DNA of 64,000 bases from Myxococcota bacterium (GTDB lineage: Bacteria; Myxococcota_A; UBA9160; UBA4427): the NCBI GenBank assembly GCA_965250285.1, contig OZ252299.1:4512001-4576000 (forward strand). Direction: 5' to 3'. Position 1 is the first letter of the stretch, and each line of letters opens with the position of its first letter. The notes beneath the pieces were generated by a model, which had not been told where the DNA came from, ran no database searches, and was given only the letters and a program-made list of their open reading frames with translations. Positions 30,542 to 39,749 of the stretch are shown here, piece after piece. Both the position numbers and the translations under genes were made by a program.

Positions 30542-31177
30542 CTAGAGGCCGCGCTTCAGCTCGAGCAACGCTTCGCGGGAGACGGCCAGCAGATCGACCC
30601 GGGTGGGGTCTGCAAGCCAGACCTCCATCGCCGCCATCGTCGCCATGTTGAGTGCGTGCGCCTGCACGCGAACGCGAACGCTGCCGAGCGGCTCTCCCAA
30701 TCGACGCGCCACGTCCTGCGCCAGGATGTTCACGAACCTCTCACCCATGGCGATCGCTCGGGGCGCAAGCGCGGGGGTGGTCGCGATCAAGGCGAAATCA
30801 CCCGCCTCGTCGACGTTCGGCCGAAGACCCGCGACCTCGACACTCGTGGCGACTGCGAGGCAGGCGTCGATCGGAGACTCGTGTGCCGGACGCGCACAGA
30901 TCGCTTCGACCATCACCTCGGCCCGGCGGCGAATGCCCTCGAGCGCAACGCCCTCCTTGCTCTCGAAGTACCGGAAGAACGTGCTCTCCGAGACGTCCGC
31001 GGCTTCGGCGATCTCGGCGATGCGGGTCTGCTGATAGCCCTGCTTGGCGAACAGCTCGAGCGCAGCTCGGTGGAGCTTGTCTCGTGTTTCCTGCTTCTTG
31101 CGCTCACGCAGACCCTGCTGCGCGGGGGAGCTCGGTTCTTTCGGCTCTTTCGGTTCTGCCGTGTCTCGAGGCGTCAT
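30542..31177 (-). CDS. TetR family transcriptional regulator
   Basis: GLRERKKQETR...ELFAKQGY..TRIAEIAEAADVSESTFFRYFESKE. Confidence 0.93.
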   Translation of the reverse strand: MTPRDTAEPKEPKEPSSPAQQGLRERKKQETRDKLHRAALELFAKQGYQQTRIAEIAEAADVSESTFFRYFESKEGVALEGIRRRAEVMVEAICARPAHESPIDACLAVATSVEVAGLRPNVDEAGDFALIATTPALAPRAIAMGERFVNILAQDVARRLGEPLGSVRVRVQAHALNMATMAAMEVWLADPTRVDLLAVSREALLELKRGL

Positions 31178-31720
31178 CGCGTCGAGACTACCAGACCGGC
31201 CCTCGATCATGAGATGGCCGGCACCAGTCCAACCGAACCGCGGCCCGTCGCAGCACGTGCAGTCCGGCCATCAATGCGCCTTCTTTAGCTCCCCTTTCGC
31301 GACTCCGCCCGCGACGGAAAAGGGCGGATCAACCCGAAGCGGTCGCAGCACGCTCGAGCTCGTGGGCAGCGCAGAAACCGGCCTCGCCCGAAATCTCGCG
31401 TTCGAATCGGTGGCGTTCGGCGATCTGCCAGTGAAAGAGCTGACCGAAGCCAAGACCGTGCGCTCCGAAGGAGAGCGTCGAACGCTTGGCGATACACGAG
31501 CGCCGCCTGACGCGTGCGTCGTCTCGGCCAGAGGAAAGGAGCCCTCCCGCGTGCTCGCAAGCGGGTGCGAGCTCCCCAGCGCCGGGTGAGCGCGGGCCGG
31601 CGCGATCGGCCCGCGTCGACATGCCCGACGCCGAAGCCCTCGACGAGCGCAACGAGGACGGCGGCGCTGGAGATCCCTGTGACGGCAGATCCGGATACCC
31701 GTCGCTCGATGGTCAGAAAA

Positions 31721-31750
31721 TGATAGAACAGTCAATTGAAATAACTATCA
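31721..31750. promoter_or_regulatory. AT-rich palindromic operator
   Basis: TGATAG-N5-TCAATTGA-N5-CTATCA, 67 bp upstream of the selenoprotein start. Confidence 0.6.
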
Positions 31751-31817
31751 CTTCATGGCATGGTTTGGGCGGATCGCTCAGTCGGAGCTCCGCACGTCGG
31801 AGGAACCGGAGAAGCCC

Positions 31818-32993
31818 ATGCCCCAGATCGAAGAGTCCGTCCCTGCCCACCTCGTCGCGGCCGCCGAGGCCGCCCGAGCCTCGTTCTCGGCGGACCAGGG
31901 CAGCGAGTTCAAGGTCACGGGGATCGTCGATCCGCCGCCGGCCGACGGCACCGAGGTCGCCGACCGCGACCTCCAGCTGATCCTCTGCGGCCAGCAGGAC
32001 GGTCAGGACGTCTGCCTGCGCGAGCGCTTCGCGATTGCGCCGAGCGGCGGCGGCTTCGAGGTCGAGCGCCTCGAGAGCGAGCCGGACGTGGGCTCCCCGG
32101 CGCCGGAGCTCGACCCGCCCGTCGGCGTGCGCGCCCGTTGGCTCGACGAGACGATTGGCCGTCACGCCTTCACCGTCTTGCTCTTCTACCGAGGCTTCTG
32201 GTGACCGCCTTGTCGCCGCGAGTTGCGCGGCTACGCAGGTCAAGGTGTCCTCAAGGCGATCCGTGAGGCCGGGGGAGAAATCTACGCGATTACGAGCGAG
32301 CCCCAGACCGTGGCGCGCATGGCCCAGGACGGGTGGGAGACCGACATGGAGCACGTCGGCGATCCCCACCAGGAGATCGCCGACGAGTGCGCCGGGCGCG
32401 GCTGGATGTCGCTCTTCAAGTGGGACTTGCTCGAGGGGGCCGGGAGTCCCGAGGCGAGCTATCTCGGCAACGCTACGCCGGAGGAGTGGATTTCGCACCC
32501 AAAGGGTGCCTTCCAGCCCGGCGTGCTGGTGCTCGATCGCGAAGGTCGCGTGCTGTACCGCTGGCGTTGCCGGCCGACGCGCAACAATGTCGGCGGGGCG
32601 ATCTCGCGGCCGACACCGCAGTATGTCTGGCGGCGCACCCAGGCCGCGCGGCTCGAGCCGACGGGCGCTCCCGACGCGCCGATGGACACCGACCCGGAGC
32701 TCGACATCCCCGAGGTCCCGTGGCCCATGTTCGTCGCCTTGCTCCTCGCGAACGGATGGTTCTTGCGGCCCAAGTTCTTCATGCAGCGCGAGGGTAATGA
32801 CCTTGACGGCATGTCGCGCGCGGCGATCGCGCGATTCCCGCTCTTCATCGCGGCATGGGCGGCAGCGATCTGGCTCCTGCCGGTCTGGGCCGTCGCTCTG
32901 GCTTTGGCGATGTGGCTGGCAATGGTCGTGCCGGGCATCCGGATCGTGAATCGCCGCTTCCAGCACTTCGGCCCCGACGAAGAGCCCACATGA
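31818..32993 (+). CDS. Peroxiredoxin-like (AhpC/TSA, thioredoxin fold) selenoprotein with UxxC motif and C-terminal membrane anchor; Sec at TGA 32202-32204
   Basis: ORFs 31755..32204 and 32223..32993 are in the same frame, joined as LLFYRGFW-TGA-PPCRRELR. A SECIS-like hairpin follows the TGA. Confidence 0.82.
32207..32240 (+). other. Bacterial SECIS-like stem-loop
   Basis: Upper stem GCCGCG/CGCGGC with loop AGTTG starting 16 nt after the UGA; lower stem GCCT.GT/GCAGGT. Confidence 0.65.
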
Positions 32994-33147
32994 AGGTGGC
33001 CGCGTCGCGTTGCGACCGGGCGATCGATGCCAATCTGGTCTCCATCGGCGCACTCGCTGCGCCCACTCGACAAGGGCTTGCTGGCCGTCGCGAACGACCA
33101 AGCCGGGCTTGCCGGAGCTTCGGATCATCGACCTGAAGGGAGGAAGC

Positions 33148-34809
33148 ATGCATCGGTGGCTCATCCGAATCTCGATCGGACTCGTCGTCCTGCTCGCTCC
33201 CGTCGTGGTGTATCGCGCGGAGATCGCGTTGGCCCTGGTTTCGTGGCTGGGCGAGTGGGCGCGGCGCGACGTCGGTCCGAACCGGCCCGTTCCCTGGGAG
33301 CAGGGCCCGGATACGGCCGCCCTCCCCGCCTCCGAGCGGCCGCCCAACGTCGTGCTCATCCTCGCCGACGACATGGGGTGGAACGACGTGTCGACGAACG
33401 GCGGGGGCGCGGGGAAGGGCTCGGTCAGGACGCCAAACATCGACAGGGTCGCCCGCGACGGCGTGAACTTCACCTGGGGCTACGCTGCGAACGGCAGCTG
33501 CGCGCCGTCTCGCGCCGCGATCCTGTCGGGCCGCTACGGCACGCGCTTCGGCTTCGAGTTCACGCCGACGCCCGGCGCAATGATGCCGGCCATGGCCGCG
33601 GTGATGAGCGCCGACCAAACGCCACGGCGCCCCGGGCTCGCCAACTTCGACGCGCGATCGACTCCCTGGGAAGAGATGGGGATGCCGTCGAGCGAGATCT
33701 CGCTGGCCGAGACGCTGAAGAAGGCGGGCTACCACACCGTGCACATCGGCAAGTGGCACGTGGGCGAGACGAATGGCATGGCCGCCAACGACCAGGGCTT
33801 CGACGAGAGCCTGAACATGGGGGGCGCGCTCTTCCTGCCCGAGGACCACCCCGACGTCGTGAACTCGAAACAGGCATTCGATCCGATCGACCGCTTTCTG
33901 TGGGCGATGGGCGGCTACGCCGTGCAGTTCAACAAGGGCCCCGGCTTCGAGCCTCGGGGCCACGTCACCGACTACTACACGGACCAGGCCGTGGAGGTGA
34001 TCCGAGCGAATCGCAATCGACCCTTCTTTCTCTATCTCGCCCACTGGGCCATCCACACGCCGCTCCAGGCGACGCGTGCGGACTACGACGCCTACCCCGA
34101 CATCGAGAGCCACACCGAGCGCACCTATGCGGGCATGATCCGCGCCCTCGACCGGGGCGTCGGACGCGTGCTGGACGAGCTGCGCGCGCAGGGCCTCGAG
34201 GAGAACACGCTCGTGATCTTCACATCCGACAACGGCGGGGCCGGCTACCTCGGTCTCCCGGACGTGAACGCGCCGTTCCGCGGGTGGAAGCTGACCTTCT
34301 TCGAGGGCGGCGTGCATGTGCCCTACATGATGCGCTGGCCGGCGCGGATCGAGCCCGGGCAGACGTTCGACCGGCCCGTCCACCACTTCGACGTGTACGC
34401 CACCGCGGCAGCGGCGGCCGGCGCGCCAATGCCCGACGATCGCAAGATGGACGGGGTCGATCTCATCCCCTTCGTCGAGGGCGCGGCGGAGGGCGTGCCC
34501 CACGAGACGCTCTTCTGGACCCAGGACCACTACCGCGTCGTGCTCCACCAGGGCTGGAAGCTCACGCGCAACGGCCCGAACGACGAGTTCGTCTGGCTCT
34601 TCGATCTCAATGAGGATCCCACCGAGCAACGCAACCTCGCCGACGCTCGCAAGGACAAGGTGAGCGAGCTCGACGCGCTGCTAGCCGCCCACATCGCCGA
34701 GCAAGTGCCCCCGCGCTGGGACTCGCGCGGGGCCGCAGCGATCACGATCGACAAGCACCGAAACCAACCCGAGTCACCCGACGACGAGTTCGTGTACTAC
34801 CCGAACTGA
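33148..34809 (+). CDS. Sulfatase (formylglycine-dependent, Cys type)
   Basis: PNVVLILADDMG, CAPSR, GKWH, FTSDNG, RGWK..FEGG. Confidence 0.95.
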   Translation: MHRWLIRISIGLVVLLAPVVVYRAEIALALVSWLGEWARRDVGPNRPVPWEQGPDTAALPASERPPNVVLILADDMGWNDVSTNGGGAGKGSVRTPNIDRVARDGVNFTWGYAANGSCAPSRAAILSGRYGTRFGFEFTPTPGAMMPAMAAVMSADQTPRRPGLANFDARSTPWEEMGMPSSEISLAETLKKAGYHTVHIGKWHVGETNGMAANDQGFDESLNMGGALFLPEDHPDVVNSKQAFDPIDRFLWAMGGYAVQFNKGPGFEPRGHVTDYYTDQAVEVIRANRNRPFFLYLAHWAIHTPLQATRADYDAYPDIESHTERTYAGMIRALDRGVGRVLDELRAQGLEENTLVIFTSDNGGAGYLGLPDVNAPFRGWKLTFFEGGVHVPYMMRWPARIEPGQTFDRPVHHFDVYATAAAAAGAPMPDDRKMDGVDLIPFVEGAAEGVPHETLFWTQDHYRVVLHQGWKLTRNGPNDEFVWLFDLNEDPTEQRNLADARKDKVSELDALLAAHIAEQVPPRWDSRGAAAITIDKHRNQPESPDDEFVYYPN

Positions 34810-34858
34810 GCGGAGATGCTCTTCGAGTCATGCCACTTTCTCGAGAGAAGGCCAACCC

Positions 34859-35833
34859 TTGGAATCGATCCGCACCCCGGATGAACGCTTCGCCAACCTG
34901 CCCGACTACGGCTTCGAGCCCCACTACATCGAGGTCGACGATCTCGAGGGCGGCCAGCTGCGCATGCACTATGTGGACGAGGGGCCAAGGGATGCACCGC
35001 CCGTCTTCCTCCTTCACGGGGAGCCGACCTGGGCCTATCTCTACCGCAAGATGATTCCCGGTCTGCTGGACGCAGGACATCGCGTGATCGTGCCCGACCA
35101 GATCGGTTTCGGTCGCAGCGACAAGCCCACCCGGAAGGCCGACTACAGCGTCGCGCGCCACGTCCATTGGGTGCGCTCCGCGATGCAGCAGATCGACATC
35201 CAGGACGGCACCTTCTTCGGGCAGGATTGGGGTAGCGTGATCGGCTTCACTGCGGCGTTGCACGAGGCGCCTCGTTGGCGCGCGATGGTCGCGGCGAACG
35301 CCGCCCTGCCCGATCCGCGGAACATGGAGCGCGTCCAGCAGGCCCAGGCGAATTCGAGCGACGAAACGGCCTTCGAACGCTGGCAGGCCTACGCGGCCTC
35401 GGTCGACGAGCTAGACGTCGGCGGGATGATGGTCAACGGCCCTCCAGGCCTCGAGGCGGCCCATGGAGGCCTCGCCCTCTCTGATGCCGAACGCGCTGCG
35501 TACGAAGCCCCCTTTCCCGACGCGCGCTATCAGGCCGGCGTCCTCGTCTTCCCAGCCTTGATCGGAGCTGAGAGACTCGGCATCGAGGGCATCGGACTCT
35601 TCGATGCTGCCTGGCGCGTGCTCGAGAAGTGGGAGAAGCCCTTCCTCACCGCCTATGGCAAGGCCGATCCGGTCCTCGGCTGGTTCGACACGGTCTTCCA
35701 GCAGCACGTTCCCGGCGCCCAGGGGCAGCCCCATCGAAGCTTTCCGGAGGGAGGCCACTTCATTCAAGAGGAGGAGCCGGTCGCCCTCGTCGAGGTAATC
35801 GTCGAGGCGGCTCGACGCGGCGCCGGCGCTTGA
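34859..35833 (+). CDS. Haloalkane dehalogenase (alpha/beta hydrolase)
   Basis: IRTPDERFANLP, HGEPTW, nucleophile GQDWG and HFIQE; TTG start. Confidence 0.9.
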   Translation: MESIRTPDERFANLPDYGFEPHYIEVDDLEGGQLRMHYVDEGPRDAPPVFLLHGEPTWAYLYRKMIPGLLDAGHRVIVPDQIGFGRSDKPTRKADYSVARHVHWVRSAMQQIDIQDGTFFGQDWGSVIGFTAALHEAPRWRAMVAANAALPDPRNMERVQQAQANSSDETAFERWQAYAASVDELDVGGMMVNGPPGLEAAHGGLALSDAERAAYEAPFPDARYQAGVLVFPALIGAERLGIEGIGLFDAAWRVLEKWEKPFLTAYGKADPVLGWFDTVFQQHVPGAQGQPHRSFPEGGHFIQEEEPVALVEVIVEAARRGAGA

Positions 35834-35840
35834 TTCGGCG

Positions 35841-36956
35841 ATGAGCAGCGATCCCTCGGACGACGCGATCGACGTATACGGTTCGGCCATCTCCTACTAC
35901 ACAGGCAAGCTCGAAGGCTATCTCCGCTACAAGGAGATCCCCTACCGCTTCATTCCACTCTCACCGAGCCATCAGCGTCGCCTGCACCGGGAGACGGGGG
36001 CCGCTCAGGTCCCCGCCGTGAAGCTGCCCGACGGTCGTTGGATGACGGATACGACGCCGATGATCGATTGGTTCGAGGCGGAGTCTCCACAGCCCACAGT
36101 GATTCCCGCGGACCCGGTGCAGAGCTTCTTCTGTCGCCTGATCGAAGACTACGCCGAGGAATGGCTCTGGCGCCCGGCGATGCACTATCGCTGGAGCTAT
36201 CGCGGCGACGCTCTGCTCTCGAGTCGACGCATCGCAGAGGAGATCCTGGTCGAGGTCCCGGCGCCCGGCTTCCTCAAGCGCTTCGTCATCCGGCAGCGGC
36301 AATTCCGCGGCTGGGTGAAGGGCGACGGCGTGACCCGTGAGACCCGGGATCATGTCGAAGGCTGCTATCTGAAGATGCTCGACCAGTTGAGCGCCATCTT
36401 CGCACGGCGTCCCTTCCTCTTCGGCCAGCGGCCCAGCCTCGCCGATTTCGGCTTCTTCGCTCCCATCTTCCGCCACTACAGCCAGGATCCGACGCCCGCC
36501 GAGATCATGCGCCAGCGGGGGCCAGCGGTATTCGAGTGGCAGGCACGGCTCTGGAACGCGCGGGCCAGCGAGAGCGAAGGCGGTTGGGTGGAAGGCATCC
36601 CCGACGATCTGGGTCCGATCCTCGACGAGATCGGCAGCGCCTATCTCCCCTATCTCTGCGCCAATGCCGAGGGCTGGAAAGCTGGCCAGCGCCGACACGA
36701 TGCGCTGATCCAGGGTGTGCCCTATTGCAACCTGCCGGTCTCGCAGTACAGGGTGTGGTGCCTCGAGCGCCTCCGCGAGCACTTCGAAGGCCTGCCGGGA
36801 GCGGCGAAGCAAGACGCCCGGAAATTGCTCGAAGCGCACGACTGCTGGGAGCCGCTCTGGCGGATCGAATCGCCCGATTCGGGCTATGCCAGTGAGTCCG
36901 TCCCCTTTCGGGGGCACAAGGTGCACTATCAGAACGCGCGGGCGCCCGCGTCCTGA
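35841..36956 (+). CDS. Glutathione S-transferase family protein
   Basis: SYYTGK, QVP, TDTTP and PFLFGQRPSLADFG. Confidence 0.88.
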   Translation: MSSDPSDDAIDVYGSAISYYTGKLEGYLRYKEIPYRFIPLSPSHQRRLHRETGAAQVPAVKLPDGRWMTDTTPMIDWFEAESPQPTVIPADPVQSFFCRLIEDYAEEWLWRPAMHYRWSYRGDALLSSRRIAEEILVEVPAPGFLKRFVIRQRQFRGWVKGDGVTRETRDHVEGCYLKMLDQLSAIFARRPFLFGQRPSLADFGFFAPIFRHYSQDPTPAEIMRQRGPAVFEWQARLWNARASESEGGWVEGIPDDLGPILDEIGSAYLPYLCANAEGWKAGQRRHDALIQGVPYCNLPVSQYRVWCLERLREHFEGLPGAAKQDARKLLEAHDCWEPLWRIESPDSGYASESVPFRGHKVHYQNARAPAS

Positions 36957-37108
36957 AGTCGCGATCCACCCGGGTGATCGGCACGCGCGTCCCGACGCAG
37001 GCTAGAGCTCGAGCGGCTTGCTCGGCGAGGCCGAAACCCGCGCTTGGTCATCGCCGATCTTCGTGAACCACGCCGGCTCGTGAGCCGAATCTGGAGGACC
37101 GAACCACC

Positions 37109-37807
37109 ATGTCTACCGAAGACTTCCTACCCGACGAGACCACGCTCGAAGCCCTGGGCGCACTGCCGGACGACGAGCCGGTCGTGATGCTCAACCTGCT
37201 GAAGTACTCGGATGACGGCGGCGAGGCCTACGCGAAGTACGGCCGCATCGCGTGGCAGCAGATCAAGAAGCGCGGAGGCCGCATCCTCTACGACGGCGCG
37301 CCGCTCGTCACCGATCCGGCGGCGGGAGACTGGGATCGGGTGATCTTCGTCCAGTACCCCAGCCGCGCCGCGTTCATCGACATGATGCGGGACCAGGACT
37401 ATCGCGAGGGTCTCCCTCATCGCAGGGCCGGGCTCGAGCGCACGGTCCTGTATGCGTTCGAGCGCGCTCCCGGGGGACCGCCCTTGGAAGCCGTGAAGCC
37501 CCGCTCCGACGAGGAGATCTTCGTCCTCAACCTGCTGCGCTTCGAGCCGGAGGGCGGCCGCGAGGAGTACCAGAAGTACGGCGACGTGGTGCTCCCGATG
37601 ATCCTCGAGCGCGGAGGCGGGCCCGCGCTCCTCCTCGACGCGCAGCTGCCGCTGGTCTCGGAGGAGACCTGGGAGGATCTCTACCTGGTCCGCTATCCGG
37701 ACCTCGGCAGCTTGCAGGAGATGGTCGCTACCGAGGCGTGGCAGACGGCGAACCAGGATCGAACTCGCGGTCTCGACCTCACCTGGGCGTTCCCGACGCG
37801 ACCCTGA
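37109..37807 (+). CDS. Tandem DUF1330-like (dimeric alpha-beta barrel) protein
   Basis: Two repeats: VVMLNLLKY..YAKYG..WD..VQYPS and FVLNLLRF..YQKYG..W..LVRYP. Confidence 0.8.
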   Translation: MSTEDFLPDETTLEALGALPDDEPVVMLNLLKYSDDGGEAYAKYGRIAWQQIKKRGGRILYDGAPLVTDPAAGDWDRVIFVQYPSRAAFIDMMRDQDYREGLPHRRAGLERTVLYAFERAPGGPPLEAVKPRSDEEIFVLNLLRFEPEGGREEYQKYGDVVLPMILERGGGPALLLDAQLPLVSEETWEDLYLVRYPDLGSLQEMVATEAWQTANQDRTRGLDLTWAFPTRP

Positions 37808-37841
37808 GTCCCGCAGCGCACCCGATGCAGCAGGAGGCCCG

Positions 37842-37919
37842 ATGACGGACTTCATCCGTACGCCGGACGAGAACTTCGACGATCTCGCCGACCTGCACTG
37901 CATCCGGGGCGAGGCGTGA
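37842..37919 (+). pseudogene. 25-codon remnant of a haloalkane dehalogenase N-terminus
   Basis: GGAGG RBS, then MTDFIRTPDENFDDLAD, matching MESIRTPDERFANLPD at 34859; its stop overlaps the next GTG. Confidence 0.6.
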
Positions 37920-38809
37920 GAGTCGTGGCCATCGTCCTGCTCGTCCTCGTGCTGGTGATGTGCTCCGCGATGCTCTGGCAGCACGCGCGCTACGTGGGCA
38001 TCCGGCGGGACCTTCTCCACGATCGCCAGGCCACTTTCTACTCGTCGGACGTCTTCCATACGCTGGTGTTCCTCCGAACGGCGCCGGAGAAGGACGTGAT
38101 CGAGGAGGTGCGGGCGTTCAAGCAAGCGACCGAGGGCTCGGAGGCGTCGTGGATCTACGCAGGGAAGTCCGCTTTGGCGGCTCTCTCGTCGTCGCAGATG
38201 GGCGAGAACGACTGGACCGCCGTCGTGCTCCTGCAGTACCCATCACGCGATGCGTATGCTCGACACGCCGAGTCGACGTCGATGAAGGCGGCGCTCGCGC
38301 GGTTCGAGGAGACGTACACTCAGGGTTTTCGTCGCGGGGCCCTCAGCAACGCCATGATTCCGCAGGGCCTGCTCGCGTACCGACTCTTCCAGCTCGTCAC
38401 GTTCCGTCCTTCGTACTTCCCCTTCGCGAAGGCCAAGGACTACGAGCGATTTCCCGAGGCGGAGGAGTTCGCCCGCCAGCTCCTCGAGGAGAAGGACCTC
38501 GGCCGCGAGGCCCTCCTCATCGTGAACCTGACGAAGGCCGGTACGCCCGAGGAGCAGGCCGCCGATCGCGCGTACGGGGCGTCGATGCTCGGCGCCATGG
38601 CCGAGGCCGGCTACGGCCCCATCCATGCGGGGCGACCGGTTCGACTCGAACGCGACTACGACTTCGACCTGGTCCTGCTCGTCTTCTACCCCGGCGTCGA
38701 GTTCTTCGCCGAGATGATGAAGAGCGAGTTCTATCAGTCGATCTTCGGCGACAAGCAGGTCGGCGATACCCAGGCCAACATGACGGTTCCGATCCTGAAT
38801 CGGCTCTAG
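37916..38809 (+). CDS. Membrane-anchored hypothetical protein (DUF1330-like repeats)
   Basis: N-terminal TM then LWQHARY, DW..VLLQYPSR, IVNL and GYGPIHAG; paralogous to 39750..40664. Confidence 0.75.
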   Translation: MRVVAIVLLVLVLVMCSAMLWQHARYVGIRRDLLHDRQATFYSSDVFHTLVFLRTAPEKDVIEEVRAFKQATEGSEASWIYAGKSALAALSSSQMGENDWTAVVLLQYPSRDAYARHAESTSMKAALARFEETYTQGFRRGALSNAMIPQGLLAYRLFQLVTFRPSYFPFAKAKDYERFPEAEEFARQLLEEKDLGREALLIVNLTKAGTPEEQAADRAYGASMLGAMAEAGYGPIHAGRPVRLERDYDFDLVLLVFYPGVEFFAEMMKSEFYQSIFGDKQVGDTQANMTVPILNRL

Positions 38810-38844
38810 AGGCGACGGGCGTTCGCTCGAAACCGGAGGTGTCC

Positions 38845-39708
38845 ATGGCCGAGACGGACGTCGGCGTCCCGAATCCCAGCACCGTGTCGGTGTACGGTGT
38901 GGACCACTCACCGTGGGTCCAGGCCGTGTTGCTCGGCCTCCAGGAGCGTGGGATCGAGTACCGGACGAGGACCATCCCGCCGCTCGCGGTCTTCCTGCGT
39001 TCCGGGATCCTGATGCCCGCTGCCAGCATCAACGGCGGCTCGTGGATGCTCGACTCCGAACGGATCCTCGTCGCCCTGGGGTTCTCGGAGGTTCCGCGCG
39101 AAGTCCGTCGGGAGCTGACGGTGGCCTTCACGCGGTGCGCCGCGCACCGCCGTGACGACATCCCGGATTTCTGGCGACGGTTCGGCCTCGTGCGCGACGA
39201 GGAGCCCTCCTGGGCGCGGCGCCACTGGAACTTCTTCTGGCGGGCCTTCGCTGCCTTCTACTTCTTCTGTGTCCTCACCGTCGCCCGACGCGCGTTGGGT
39301 CCGTCGACTCCCGAGCAGACCGTTCAGCACTTCTCCACTCTCCAGAAGCGGCTCGACCCCGAGGCGGGGTACTTCGGGGGCGAGCGTCCGGACACCGTCG
39401 ACCTGCAGCTGTTCGGCATCGTGCAGATGTTGGGCAGCATCCCGGGCCCGCCTCTCGGCGTGCTGCGCGAGAAACCGGCGCTCGAGCCGCTCCGCAGCTG
39501 GATCGCACGGATGCAGCAGCGGTTCGAGCACCACCCGGGCCTCTACAGTGGGCCCTACTTCGAGCCCCTGCTGCCGGCGCCCGAGACCGCTCGCACCTCG
39601 GAGCGCGTCGCCTTCGGGTGCGGCGCCGCCCTGATGTGGCTGGCGTTCCCGCTCACCTTCCCCACGGCGCTTGTCTACTTCGTCAGCAACCGGCTGCGTG
39701 GCCTCTAG
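38845..39708 (+). CDS. GST-like protein with C-terminal TM segment
   Basis: GGAGG RBS; SPW, DSE and YFGGERPDTVDLQLFG. Confidence 0.7.
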   Translation: MAETDVGVPNPSTVSVYGVDHSPWVQAVLLGLQERGIEYRTRTIPPLAVFLRSGILMPAASINGGSWMLDSERILVALGFSEVPREVRRELTVAFTRCAAHRRDDIPDFWRRFGLVRDEEPSWARRHWNFFWRAFAAFYFFCVLTVARRALGPSTPEQTVQHFSTLQKRLDPEAGYFGGERPDTVDLQLFGIVQMLGSIPGPPLGVLREKPALEPLRSWIARMQQRFEHHPGLYSGPYFEPLLPAPETARTSERVAFGCGAALMWLAFPLTFPTALVYFVSNRLRGL

Positions 39709-39749
39709 CGCACGGGAATCGGTGACTTCAGCTCTAGCTCCACAGCCTC

